A stretch of DNA of 64,000 nucleotides from NCBI GenBank assembly GCA_010909165.1, contig VJWM01000044.1, positions 1,798,001-1,862,000 of the forward strand, in the 5' to 3' direction. This stretch comes from Anthoceros angustus. Taxonomy: Eukaryota; Plantae; Anthocerotophyta. The position numbers and the translations under genes were made by a program. Position 1 is the stretch's first letter. The number at the start of each line of letters is the position of its first letter. This document shows, piece by piece, positions 63,650-64,000 of this stretch. The notes beneath the pieces are model-generated. The model was not told the origin of the DNA. It saw only the letters and a list, made by a program, of their open reading frames with translations, and did not search any database.

Positions 63650-64000
63650 TCCATCTCCCACAGCTATCGTTCTAGCTCTACATAGGTCGGTCGTCCCCTA
63701 CGGTTGCTCCCTTCTTTGTCTCTGCCGTGGGTACTTTGTCTACAAGCTTGCAGTTCCTCTGGCTGCGCTCCTCCACCTGTGCCTCGACTGTGGCCACCAG
63801 CTCTTCGTCCGGGAAGGCATCCTCCGATTACAGAAGACTGCCCGGTCTTCGTAAGGACAGAAGTCGATAACTAGTGTTGCCTCACCGGTCTCTACCTCAA
63901 AGGTGAACTCCTGCAGTAACAGGATCCACCTTGCAATCCGTCCTGACAGGTCTCGGAGGACAATAGGGAAGACTACTTCCACCATCATTACCATGGCGAT
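63650..64000 (-). mobile_element. Ty3/gypsy RNase H fragment, running off the window end
   Basis: RDLSGRIARWILLLQEFTFEV, homologous to 16450-16620. Confidence 0.8.

Overview
Nuclear DNA of a non-seed land plant, most likely a hornwort (inferred from a PLS-class PPR gene with 37-aa long L motifs and a WW-type PG box, plus compact ~100-bp introns). Host genes: an NT-C2-domain protein (776-3315), a PLS-E+ PPR RNA-editing factor (30633-33758), an intronless F-box gene, a 4-exon UBTD/DC-UbP-like gene, DNA ligase IV (54406-62063) and a RALF peptide precursor. About half of the window is transposon-derived. This includes a full-length, degenerate Ty3/gypsy element with 4.4-5.5 kb LTRs and a GAGAC TSD (6778-22224), a full-length Ty1/copia element with a GATGA TSD (25057-29948), two partial copia elements, a solo LTR, PIF/Harbinger remnants, a CACTA end, a CRE-like LINE tail and a tRNA-like relic. 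Best candidate for an undescribed system: the giant gypsy LTRs carry a sense protein-coding region starting MAPK, probably in U3, and a diverged homologue persists in a separate solo LTR. Other notable points: an eroded WW-type DYW deaminase behind the PPR stop, a possible tegument-DUB-like Cys/His/Asp triad in the NT-C2 protein, and two U12 introns plus a 7-nt microexon in LIG4. Several microhomology-bounded duplications, and many of the frameshifts in repeats, are probably assembly or polishing artefacts.
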